A stretch of 64,000 nucleotides of DNA from Camelus ferus. Its lineage: Eukaryota. The stretch lies in NCBI RefSeq assembly GCF_009834535.1, contig NC_045720.1, positions 992,001 through 1,056,000 on the forward strand, read 5' to 3'. Every line of letters begins with the position of its first letter. The first letter of the stretch is position 1. The translations under genes and the position numbers were made by a program. The notes beneath the pieces are model-generated. The model did not search any database and was not told the origin of the DNA. It worked only from the letters and a program-made list of their open reading frames with translations. This document shows, in pieces, positions 13,201 through 24,559 of the stretch.

Positions 13201-14039
13201 CAAACCCAGGGGTGATTGCACTCTGGGAGAATTGGAGAGCCCCCTGTGTCCATGGGCGGTGTTCCCTGTGGGAGAGGGCGGCCACCAGGCGCCCCTCTGT
13301 TGTCAGTCTTTATGGGCTCAGTGGCTTCATATGCTAATAAGTGTAAGGACCAGTCTGAGTAGCCTGGGGAAAGGGCTGGGATTCCCAGGAAGTTGGCCAT
13401 TTCCTACTCTTGACTTTTTGGCCAGCCTTGGGACTGTCATGGGCATGTTATTTACCATGTTAATGTATTACAATGAGCATATAATGAAGCTCAAGAAGTC
13501 AAATCCCCCACCATCTTGAGCCTCAAGGCCTACTGGGGTTTGAATCTTTTGCCATTCTGGTATTATTTGCTGTGGTATTCCTTGAATGACTGTACCTTGC
13601 CCCCTTTCCTGTCTCACACCTGCTGTGGGTACAGAGGACCCTCTGAAGGACTCCAAAAGAGAGAGTAGCAGAAAGGAGCACGACGGAAGGAGCTGGAAGC
13701 CTGCTTGAGCACAGAGTAAAGCCCCTACCAGACCCACAGGAGTGGCAGACAATGTGGGCTGACATGTTTAATACGTGGTCTCAGTCCGTACGTTCATTTT
13801 AAGCGTTTACAGCAAAAGTGCCCATCGTCTCATTGTTCTGTCAGCTATTTTCACTCAGCATTGTTTTTAAATCGTCCCATGATACAGATATCTGGTCTGG
13901 GCTACCCACTCAAACTGCAGAGTCCTACTGTACGTCTACACTGCTCTGCATTTACCCTGCCTTATTAACGAGCGCTTCAGTTTTCCTCTGCTTTCCTCTA
14001 TTGCACATACTGCAGGGAAGTAGGTCCTTGTACAGTATC

Positions 14040-14640
14040 CCCAAGTCCTGTGAGCAAGGGTATCTCTAGGAGTTATGCCTAGAGATGGGATTGAATGTGC
14101 AGATTTTAATTTTAGGTACTATCATACTGCTTTTCAGAGTGGCTGTGTACTTTATACTCCCTTTGGTGGTGTGAAGGAATTCCTGTTCCCCTACACCTTC
14201 ACCAATGCTCAGTACTACACGACTTTCTGAAATTTACTAATCTAAGGGGTGAAGAGTGGTATCTTGGTTTTTTTTATCAACTTCACTGAGATGTACTTAA
14301 AATTAAATGTGGTTATTTTTAGTAAATGAATATATTTGATAAATAAAAATCCTCCTGTGTGACTTCCACAATCCAGGCCTAGAACATCTCCATCCCCGCA
14401 AAGTGCTTCCCTGGGGCCCTTCTCCATCAGTCCCCACTCCTGCCAGGTGTTTCAGTGAGCAAACCTGATGGCCAGTCAGGCCAGCCCTCTATTTCTATCA
14501 ACCATTGGAATGTCAGTAACTCCAGTTGTCTGAAATGACCTCACCCATTTTCCCACTGGGCTGCTTGTCTTTTTCCTTATGATGTGACGGAGTTTGTTTT
14601 CTATTTGGGATACTGAGTGATTTGCCTATTACATATGTTA
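14040..14640 (-). mobile_element. Antisense old LINE-1 fragments
   Basis: Reverse-strand L1 3' ORF2-like text (cagagtggctgtgtactttatactccc, tgactgagtgatttgcctatt). Confidence 0.55.
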
Positions 14641-15055
14641 CAACAGGAGAACTTACAAACACCACCCAGGGGGACCTGCCATCCCACCTCAGAGAACCAC
14701 CCTCTGCCTTGCAGGCAGTTCTCTGCCCCCTCTTCACATTGCACAGTGGATCCCAAGTCCTTATCTGGGTTGTGAAGGCTATAACAGCCTGGCCAGCAAG
14801 GTTTCTGAAGCAAAACACAGTCTAACTGGAATTGGGGCGGGACAGCATTCACAAGCGGTGAGAGGTGAGGAGCAAGCAAGGGGATCCTTAAAGTAAGTAC
14901 CAGAGCGCGGCGCTGGGCCCCGAGGAAGTGCTCCTGCACCCCTGCACAGCAGGGAAAGCTTCCTGGAGGAGAAGGCCTGAGGGCAGAGTGCTGTCTGTCT
15001 TAAAACATGGACAAGAGCTGTACGCTTCAAATTACAAGATGCTGAAGAAAGAGAC

Positions 15056-15435
15056 TGTGAGCTGGCCTTGAGATGAGTTAAGGCTGTGGGACCCTAAGGC
15101 CACGATCAGAGCATGTTTGCAGATGCAGTAAGCAATTGCTATACACGTGCATCAATTACATAAGATTTAGAACAAAGAAAATAGAAGTACGCACATGCTA
15201 GAGATATTTTGCAAGCCTAATGAACAAAGAAACTCAGATTGTGCATGTGCTGGCAGAGAACAGATAAAAAGCAGGACAGGTGCATCATAGGTGTGCACCT
15301 TCCTATGGCAATAATGTTGTTAACCCCATAGTGTCTCTGGCTGAAGTCTGTCCGGCGGTACAGCAACTCCTCATGAATTTTTTTGTTTGGGCCCCTCACC
15401 TCCTAGAACCCCACGTCAGCCTCCCTCGGCTGACA
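15056..15435 (+). repeat. 5' LTR
   Basis: tgtgagctgg...cggctgaca; direct repeat of 20900-21279 with about 30 differences by eye; poly(A) signal mutated to AATAAT. Confidence 0.95.
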
Positions 15436-15437
15436 CT

Positions 15438-15455
15438 TGGCACTGTGAGCAGGAT
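15438..15455 (+). promoter_or_regulatory. Primer-binding site complementary to tRNA-Ser(CGA)
   Basis: TGGCACTGTGAGCAGGAT versus the expected TGGCGCTGTGAGCAGGAT (reverse complement of the tRNA-Ser(CGA) 3' end ATCCTGCTCACAGCGCCA): 17/18, with one CpG-type G>A change. Confidence 0.88.
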
Positions 15456-15479
15456 GAGGTGAGTGCCCCCTCTGAACCC

Positions 15480-16534
15480 CCTGCCCCTGACGGGGATGCT
15501 CTGATGGAAGCAAAGTGGCCCCCTACCTCTGTATGGTACCCGGTGGCAGCCTATTGGCTGACGTGGGCTCAGCCTGAAGATGGGGACACAGTGGCACCCT
15601 GGCCAGATGACATCCGGAGGGCGTTGGAACTGTTAGAAAATTATGTCCCGTTAGCCCACCGAGAGGCAGCCGGGAGGGCGGCCTGGGTGTTCTTATCTGT
15701 TTTACATCACGCTAGCCAAGACATGAGAGATTTACGGTTGCAAGTGGAGGCGTTGCAGTGCAGAGAAGAGGAGCTTAAGCGGAGACCCAGCACAGCAGAA
15801 AGGTGTCCGCATGGTCCTAGCTCCGCCACCTCTGAGAGCAGCTATGCCTGTGTAGCTCCGGTCCTACCGTCTCTGAGAGCAGTAAGCCTGGCCCCTAGCC
15901 CCATTCCACTGTGTCTATGGCCCATGGTGAGGCAATAGGTGGAACTGGAGGAGCCCATGGCTCAGGGGGGAACTCCTGCGGGACCACAGCGAGTGACACG
16001 TGAGTAAACGGACCACGTATTTGAACTTAGTGCAAGTTGTCTGAGAAATGGATGCACCAGATGATGTTTGCTTTGCTTTTCCATAGTCTGAATGATGAAC
16101 TCCTTATAGCTTGAATGAAAGATTTGATTTTGGCTAATGGCCCAACGGGAACGTTTGGGACTATGGCAGTGCTACTAGCACCGTATGTAAACCGCCCCAT
16201 ACATGAAGTAACTGAGGCTCTGGCTCATCTGGGAGACACAGAGATGCGCCGAAAGCGGGTGCATACTGCCAAGACTCAAGGTGAGTCCAAGACCCCCTCC
16301 TCCCATGCAGTGACTCAGAAAGGGAAGTCCACACAGAGGAGGAAAAAGGGGAATGCTCCAATTTTAGGAGGGCCCCAAAAACTAGATCGCCAGCAGATAT
16401 GGTGTGATTTACTGGCAGCTGGCTTGGACTGTGTAAAATTAGATGGCCAGCGATTGGAGATGCTGATGGACTTAGGGAAGAAATTACGGCCTGAGCAACA
16501 ATATACTCCATTGCCAACCTCCCATCAGGCCTGA
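15480..16534 (+). pseudogene. ERV gag remnant
   Basis: Broken frames: ...AAGRAAWVFLSVLH... and a C-terminal DRQQIWCDLLAAGLDCVKLDGQRLEMLMDL resembling ERV-L gag; no CCHC knuckle, as expected for class III. Confidence 0.7.
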
Positions 16535-16590
16535 GAGGTGGCCTTGCTGATTTCCTCCCGGAGTAGGAGGAAGGCCAAGGTGTTTGGGAC

Positions 16591-16900
16591 GTGGGGCACC
16601 CCGATGACCGGAAGCCACATGTTGAACTGACTATCCACTGGTTCCCTATGTATAAAAAGCAACTACTGGCACTAGTAGACACAGGAGCTGAAATTACATT
16701 GGTGCATGGAAAACTGGAGCATTTGGGGGGACCATGGGTTGATATAGAAGAATATGGAAACAAGCAAATGTGTGTTAAATGAGTGACTCTGATTTTGGGC
16801 ATTGGCCGTCTGTCTCCTGCTGCATATGAAGAGCATATCTCCCCAGTAGCTGAATATATTCTGGGGATAGGCATTTTGCAAGGATTGCAGATACAGACGA
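16591..16900 (+). pseudogene. ERV aspartic protease remnant
   Basis: LLALVDTGAEITLVHG active-site motif; in-frame TGA at 16780-16782. Confidence 0.85.
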
Positions 16901-19700
16901 CTCAAGGGGAATTTCACCTGAGAGTCCGCGTGGTGAAAACAGTTACATGGGGACATCTTCATCACGCACCTTTGATTTTGCCACAGGCCACACGAGTGGT
17001 GAATGTCCGGCAATATCGATTGCCCGGAGGCTGTGAGGAAATAGGACAGACTATTCTAAAGCCTGAGGAAGCCGGTATAATTTGGGCTACGCATAGCCCA
17101 TATAATTCTCCAGTGTGGCCAGTGTGGAAGCCAGATGTCTCCTGGAGGATGACAATGGACATTTGTTGTGTTGCCACAGGGATATCTGCACAGCCGCACA
17201 CTGTGCCATGGCCTGGTGGCCCAGGACCTGGCTACATGGAGCAAACCAGATACCGTTCGCTTGTTCCATTATATTGATGACATCATGCTAGCCTCTGATT
17301 CTCTTTCAGATTTGGAAACCAGTGCCACAGCGCTGCGAGAAGCCCTGGCGGGCTGGGGGTGGGCCACGAACAAGGACAAAATGCGAGGACCTGGACATTC
17401 TGTCAAATTCTTGGGTGTTGTTTGGTCGGGTAAGACAAAAGTGCTGCCTGAAGCAGTAATAGACAAAATCCAGGCATATTCCCGCCCTGAAACAGTTAAA
17501 CAGTTACAGACTTATTTAGGTCTTCTGGGATACTGGCAGGTGTTTATTCCTCATTTGGCCCAAATAGCCAAACCCCTGTATAAACTGATTAAAAAGGGAG
17601 AAATCTGAAACTGACCTGATGAGACCAAATATGCATTTGTTGGAAGTAAGAGGAAGGTGACCCAAGCGCAAGCACTGTGCACTGCAGACCCAGACCTACT
17701 TTCTGGCTGGCAGTCCGTGTGGACGATGATGGATATGGCTGGGGCTTATGGCAGAAACATGGGCAGCGGAAAGTGCCCATAGGATTCTGGTCTCAGTTAT
17801 GGAAAGGGGCTGAATGTCGTTTTTCTTTGATAGAGAAACAATTGCTAGCAACTTATGCATCCTTGATTGCCACTGAACCCCTGATGGGGAGGCAAGAGGT
17901 CCAAGTGCAGACCACATGCCCTATTGCAGGATGGGTACAGGCATGGGCAAAGCAACCCCGATCGGGAACTGCCCAAACCCCAACTCTGACGAAGTGAGGT
18001 GCTTATTTGGAACAGAGAGCCCAGTACACCGCTAGCACCTTGGCTGCAGAGTTGCAGCAGGTGTTAGGGCCTGTGAGACTTGTTGCCCCTGATGTACAGA
18101 CGCTCCCACAAGGGGTGGACCCTGTGCCCAGTCCCTTTCGTGAAGGGAAAGGGCCAACCCCAGGAAATGCTAAGTATACAGATAGATCTTGTAAGGGCAG
18201 TCTGCCCACTTGGGTTGCAGTAGCTCTGCACCCTGCCACTGCAGCCTTCTGGTATGAGACTGGAGAAGGCCAGTCCAGCCAATGGCCTGAGTTACGGGCA
18301 GTATGGATGGTGTTGATGAATGAGCCTAGCCCCTTGCAGATTTGCACGGATAGTTGGGCTGTATATCGAGGCCTTACATTGTGGATACCCCAATGGGCCC
18401 TGCAAGACTGGATGATTTGGCACCGGCCCCTATGGGGACAACAGATGTGGAAACAGTTATGGGACAAAGGCCAAGAAGGCCAATATACTGTTTACCACGT
18501 ACCAGGGCACCGCCCAGCCCTGGCACCGGGCAATGATGCTGCTGACACGCTAGCCCAACTTCGCCCTGTAGAGGCCATGGTCCCAGGACCCAACATAGGT
18601 CCCTGGTTTCATAAGAAACTTGGTCATGTTGGCTCATACACAATGAGGCAGGCAGCTGACCAGTGGGGCCTGCACCTGAGCCACAGTGAAGCCAAAGATG
18701 CCGTGCGGCAGTGTCCATGGTGTGCTAAGCACCACCCGCACCAGCGGCGATGGCCCCAACAGACGAGGAAGATTGCACGGGGAATTCAGCCATTGCAAGT
18801 ATGGCAAATAGATTACGTGGGCCCCTTTGCTCCGAGTACGGGCTTGCGGTACCTGCTGACAGCGGTAGACACCACTGCTGGCCTAGGTTTTGCTCACCAT
18901 GTGCTCCGAGCTACACAAGAGGCTACTATTAGAGCACTGGAAGTTTTACGGGCCTTCTATGGGACTCCCTTAGAAATACAAAGTGATAGAGGGACCCCTT
19001 TCACTGCCCAACAGGCCCAGGAGTGGGCCAAAGAAAATGACATTAACTGGGTATTGCATGTGCCTTACTGTCCTCAAGCAGCAGGAATGATTGAACGGTA
19101 CAATGGCCTATTAAAGGAGAAACTGAGGGCTCTCAAACCACAATGGTGAGGCTGGAACAGTGTCGTGCCGCAGGCAGTACGTCTTTTGAATGAACAACCT
19201 CGCCATACAGGTATGAGCCCACTGGAAAAGTTATTGCAAGGGACTATTCAGAGGCTCAGAGTTGGGCCCATGCAGAATACCTCTGAAGTCTCAGTAATGG
19301 GGCGTTAATATTACGCGCCCCCAGGGTGTTGAACTCGGGACAACAGGACACCTGGACATGGAAGAATCAGGTCCAGACTGAAGGCCCCTGGCTAGCCCTT
19401 TTGGCACCATGGGGCGATGGGCTAGAGAAAGCCCTGCAGGTAACCCCATGAGTGGGGGAATAGCCTTTTGATGTGCAGGTTACTCTAGGGAAAACAGGAG
19501 TGTCCCCACTTAAAGGAGCAGAAGCCCTACGGCTTTGGGCAATTCCACTGATAGCTCCTGAAGCTCTCCCAGAGTGTAACCAACCTAGTGTGGGCGGGTT
19601 GGTGTGGTACCACCACCCAGGGCGAACAGCCCTTCCTGCCACTGTACTCTCACAGGATGAGAAACTGCTTGCATCCTCCCAGAAGGGAGAGATTTGCCAA
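16900..19700 (+). pseudogene. ERV pol remnant (RT, RNase H, integrase)
   Basis: YNSPVWPV, LPQGYLHS and YIDD (RT); YTD/EL/CTDS/GNDAAD (RNase H); HHCC and D-D(35)E (integrase, within the 18007-19149 open frame); stops and frameshifts elsewhere. Confidence 0.92.
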
Positions 19701-20885
19701 TCATGGTGTTCACCTCTGCTCTGTCCTTCCATCCAGGGTAACAGCAAATACCATATTCTCCTGGGCACACACATTCGCGTGAGTCCACCACGCCTCTCAC
19801 TGTTGGGTCTGCACTGAACTTCCCGTAGACGCAGGAGATGGACTGCTGTGGCACCTCCACCCCGCGTCCAGAGCTAATTGGTACACCTTGGTTTGATGGA
19901 ATGCCAACAGGACAGCGAGATTGCCCTGGGACTTGCGGCGGCAGACTATTGAAAAGATCCTCTGACGTGAGCAGGGCAATGCCCCCCCCCCCAAATTGGA
20001 AGGACTGTATGGAATGGGTGGGGATGGATGAATAGTGTTCATGTAAAAGTGAGAAATTTTAGCCCTCTCTGTATTGAGCAGCGGTTTGAACACGAGGCTC
20101 CAAACTGCACTGTGGGGTGGCTCCCAGAAGAGCTGTGTGCCAAAATTACTTACAATGTAAATGCCTCCACCTGGTGGGATGGATGACCTCTAATTGGCAC
20201 AAAACCCACCGATTTCCTGCCACCAGGGTACCTGTGGGTATGTGGCACCCACGGATGGTCTTATCTCCTGGCTAAGTGCACATGGCGCTATACTTGGGGT
20301 AGAGCTTACTTGCCTAGACATACCCAGCCCACTTTAACAGAGCGCCCCACAAACTGGGACCCACTGCACACCCAGTGGCACAGGGGGAAGCATGCAGCTT
20401 GGTGGTTTTATCCCATGGTCCTGCTCCTACCTGGTGCTGGGCCCATCAGTGTCAAATTGCAGGTAGAAGCTTTGACTCAGCTTATCAGCTGTGCTGAATG
20501 TTACTAGAAAAGCTATGGAGGAATTGTTAGATGAGACTACCCAGATGCGAAATGTGGCCTTACAAAATAGAATGGCATTAGATATTCTCACTGCAAGCCA
20601 GGGTGGCACATGTGCTATGTTACATATTGAATGTTGTATCTATATACCAGATCACCAGGAGGAAGTAGCCAAGGCACTGCATGAAATAGATCAGGAATTG
20701 GGATCGCATAGATCATGTAACTGAAGACCCTCTTAAGAATTGGTGGTCATCCCTGATGTCCTCCTGGAGATGGAGCCTAACTGTCCTGGCTATTGTAGCT
20801 GCCTGTGTATTGGTAGGCTGCTGTACTCTGTATTGTTGTGGTCTTTGGGCACGATGCTCCACCCTGTGGGCTAGGGTCCCCACCA
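19700..20885 (+). pseudogene. ERV env remnant (gamma-type)
   Basis: SU CWVC motif at 19801-19812; GYLWVCG; degraded furin site RGKH; [15 protein letters not shown] plus CX6CC (CAMLHIECC); hydrophobic anchor near 20775-20850; frameshifted. Confidence 0.88.
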
Positions 20886-20899
20886 CCTAGGGGGTGGAA

Positions 20900-21279
20900 T
20901 GTGAGCTGGCCTTGAGATGAGTTAAGGCCATGGGACCCAAGGCCACTGATTAGAGCATGTTTGCAGATGCAGTAAATAATTGCTATACACATGCGTCAAT
21001 TATATAAGATTTAGAACAAAGAAAATAGAAGTACGCATGTGCTAGAGATATTCTGTAAGCCTAGTGAACAAAGAAACTCAGATTGTGCATGTGCTGGCAG
21101 AGAACAGATAAAAAGCAGGACAGGTGCATCATAGGCGTGCACCTTCCTGTGGCAATAAAATGTTAACCCCATGGTGTCTCTGGCTGAAGTCTGTCCGGCA
21201 GTATGGCAACTTCTCATGCATTTTTTTCACTTGGGCCACTCACCTCCTAAAACCCCACATCAGCCTCCCTCGGCTGACA
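20900..21279 (+). repeat. 3' LTR
   Basis: Direct repeat of the 5' LTR; retains AATAAA; ends in gaca followed by TSD GAGAC. Confidence 0.95.
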
Positions 21280-21720
21280 GAGACCAAAGAAGACCTTAAT
21301 AAATGGAGACATGTATCACTTTCATGGATTGGAAGACTCAATACAAATGTTAATTTTACCCAGGTTAATATAAAAATTTAATGCAATTCCTATCAAAATC
21401 CCATAAAAAAATTTTAGTAGACACGGACAAGCTTATTCTAAAATTTACATGGACAGGACAGGCCCTAGAATAGCTTTAAAAATTTCTTGAAAAAGAAGAA
21501 TGGGAGACCCACCACCCAGTAGGATACTGCCACTGTAATCAGGACAGTGTGACACTGCTGGTGGGGACAGACCCCTAGGTCTAAGCAGCAGAATAAAGAG
21601 CCCAGGCACAGATCCACACAAAGACGCCCAGCGGAGTTTTGACAAAGGTGCAAAAGTAATTCAATGGAGACTTGAGTTAGTAACAATGTGCCAGCGTTGG
21701 CTCATCAACTGTAAAACAAA
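21280..21720 (+). mobile_element. Old L1 ORF2 fragment split by the provirus (left half at about 14995-15055)
   Basis: Removing the provirus and one TSD gives ...gctgaagaaagagaccaaagaagaccttaataaatggagacat..., an L1 ORF2-like string. Confidence 0.8.
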
Positions 21721-22621
21721 CAAAAAAAGTAAAACAGCCAAACTTGGATTTTTTTCTGTTAAACTTCTATCAATGTAATAAGCAACAGCCCATCTCAAAC
21801 GCCGGTGGATGGTGCAAAGTCAGGGGTGATTTCATTTTCTCCTTGAGACCAAGATCTGCTCTTTATCTGATAATCTTGTGTTGTTTTGCTTAACTCTTAC
21901 GGTGCTTTTAGAATTTAAATAAAATCTACGTCCCTTAAAGTGTTCAATCAGCATTTCCATCACGTGTTCAAGGGCAGTTACAAGGTCAAATGGGATGTGT
22001 TTCTCCAAGACGTTTCATCTTTTGTCAGATCCAGAAAATACTGCGTATGATCTTTTGATTGTTCCAGAGAATGTCATCACGGTTAGAACAATTGAGGTCA
22101 GGTCTCCCAGAGACATGACACAGAACACAAAAAATGCTTCTAGATTTTTGGCCAAAATTTTGGCTTGTATGTCTTTTTTTTTTTTTTTTAATTCTTTATT
22201 GAAGTAGAGTCAGTTTACAGTGCTGTGTCAATGTCTGGTGTGCAGCCCCGGCTTATATGTCTTCACCTTCTCTAACCAGCGCCAGTGTCATCTCCATGCC
22301 CTTGATAATACTGAAAATTGATGCCTAAAATTGTAAGTTCCTTTTTTTCAGTCCTTTCCTTAAGCCAAATGTATGTTTCATCTAGATCTACACATATACA
22401 AATTCAAGAGAAATATGAACTAATATTGCAGAATGTTCCTCAGCCACTACTGCAAATAGCTGCATTAATTTCTGAGTCTTCCTGGAATCCTAGACTGGAA
22501 CAGGAAGAAAAGCAAGACAGATCGGATCCAGTAGTTAATTTCTCTTTCTTCCTACCTAAGTGCCTCCACATCTCAACTTGCTCTGGACAACTCACAGATC
22601 TCTGTGGCCTCCAAAGTAGTT

Positions 22622-23700
22622 TGTAAAGGGGATGAAAAGATAAGCTACAGACTGGGAGAAAGCATCTGCAAATCACATATTTGACAAAGTATTCGTATCT
22701 GGCATATATGAAGAATACTCTAAACGTAACAGTGAGAAAAAAATAATTCAATTAGGAAGTGGATAAAAGATTTAAACTGACACTTCGCCAAAAATATACA
22801 TATAGATGGCCAACAGGCACGTGAAAAGATCTTCAATACCATTAGCCGTAAAGGAAAATGCAAAGTAAACCCATAGTGAGATATCTATCAGAACACATTT
22901 CTCAGAATGGCTACGATTAAAAATAGCGACAGCACCAAATGCTGATCAGGGAGTGGACCACTCCTACTCTGCCGACGGGACTGTGAAAAAGAACTTGGGG
23001 AAACAGTTAGACAGTTGTTGTAAAGTTATACCCTTGCCATATGACCCAGCAATTGCATTTCCTGGGTATTTATCCTACAAAAATAAACACGTATGTTCAC
23101 ACAAAAGCCTACACCTGAATGTTCATAGCAGCTTTATTCACAACTGCCTAACATCCTTCAGCAGGTGAATGAATAGCAAACCTGCAAGCCAAAGGAACAA
23201 ACCTGATGCAACATGGATGGGTCACAGGGCATTACAGAGGGAAAAAGCCAATCTGGAAACACTGCATCCTGCATGGTTCCAGTTATGTGACAGTGTCACG
23301 GTGACGACATGGTACTGCCAGAGACCCAAGGGTCAGAGCCGTGGGGAGGAGTGGCCATACAGGAGCAGCACAAAGGCATTTCTTTGTGATGATGGTGCAG
23401 GGCTGCATCCTGTGACAGTGGTTACAAGGATCTGTGTATGTGATAAAATTTCAAAGAACTATACACCTCCTCCCAAAATAAAGAGTGCATGCCAAACTTA
23501 CGAAATCTGGATAAGGTCTGTACATGACTTGATAGTATTTTACCATCATCAGGTTCCTATTTTTGACAATATTAGATGTTTTTATTGGGAAATGCTGGGG
23601 GAAGAGAACATGGGACCTGTCTGTACTATTTTGCACATTGTTGTGAGTCTAAAATTATTTCAAAATAAAAAGTTGAAGTTAAAAACCAAAACATAAGTTA
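22622..23700 (+). mobile_element. LINE-1 3' region fragment
   Basis: agctacagactgggagaaa, aatcacatatttgacaaag, catatgacccagcaattgca and other L1 3'-end motifs. Confidence 0.75.
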
Positions 23701-23789
23701 TTGTTAATGAGTATAAAGATGTAAAATGAAAACTTAAATAAATGAAAAAGTGCTCAATATTTAATTATGACTATTCTAAAAATTTTTTT

Positions 23790-23920
23790 GAGAATTTTTT
23801 TTGGGGGGAGATAATTAGGTTTACTTACTTGCTTTATTTTTAGAAGAGGTGCTGGGGATTGGACCCAGGACCCTGTGCATGTTAAGCATGTGCTCTACCA
23901 CTTGAACTACATCCTCCTCC
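23790..23920 (-). mobile_element. tRNA-derived SINE (camelid-type), antisense
   Basis: Reverse complement of the 922 family (ctggggattggacccaggacc, catgtgctctaccacttgaactac); similar flanks tattctaaaaattttt and tattttaaataattttt. Confidence 0.8.
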
Positions 23921-24055
23921 TATTTTAAATAATTTTTAATAATACATTTGAAAAAATTGTACAGTGAGCACTTACAGATCCACTATCTAGTTTCTCCATT
24001 TACTATTCTGCTACATTTATCATGCATTTATTCATCTGTCTATTCTGTCTACTAC

Positions 24056-24559
24056 TGCGACCAGCGCAGCTCAGGACCACACGTGTCTGAGGACGGGCAA
24101 CACAAGACTTAAGAAACAAAGAGACAAAGTATAAAGGGCAAAGATGGGACCAGGGGCCTCAAGGTCTCGCAGAGCTAGAGCCCAGAAAGCCTGGTGGACA
24201 TCGTATTTATTAGGAGTAGCAGCTCAGAAAAAAATGCGATCAAAGAGGTGGGGCTTTAGATATTTCGTGCAATAAGCACTAAGTTCTGCTTGCTGGTTAA
24301 CTGATCGATTTCAGGCCCTATCCCTTCCAGGAACAATCACCCTCCTCGGGGTATGCACATTTTCTAAATCTATCCTGCTATTGCCTCCGGGACATCTCGA
24401 GATAGCAAATACTTCCCCTGGGTTCAACAGCAGCTTTCCTGCCAGAACCAAGTTCTGTTCATGGACGATCTGGCTTTCCAGGACCGTCCATTGCTTCACC
24501 CTAAGGAAATAATCTGCCCTCCTTCGTGCCCTTATGGTCAACGTCAGGATTGCTCACCA
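24056..24559 (-). mobile_element. Solo LTR, ERV2/betaretrovirus-like, unrelated to the provirus LTRs
   Basis: Minus strand reads TGGTGAGC...GGTCGCA; AATAAA near 24206-24211; pyrimidine-rich U5-like tract; CpGs retained in an AT-rich background. No clean TSD found. Confidence 0.65.

Larger units (their letters stand above)
15056..21279 (+). mobile_element. Full-structure class III endogenous retrovirus (ERV-S/ERV-L clade), 6224 bp, decayed
   Basis: Two 380-bp TG...CA LTRs, TSD GAGAC (15051-15055 and 21280-21284), PBS, polypurine tract agggggtggaa just before the 3' LTR, and gag-pro-pol-env remnants in order. Confidence 0.95.

Noticed and set aside
19700-20885. Captured syncytin-like env gene
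   Set aside because: Multiple stops and frameshifts and a lost furin site (RGKH); no full-length ORF.
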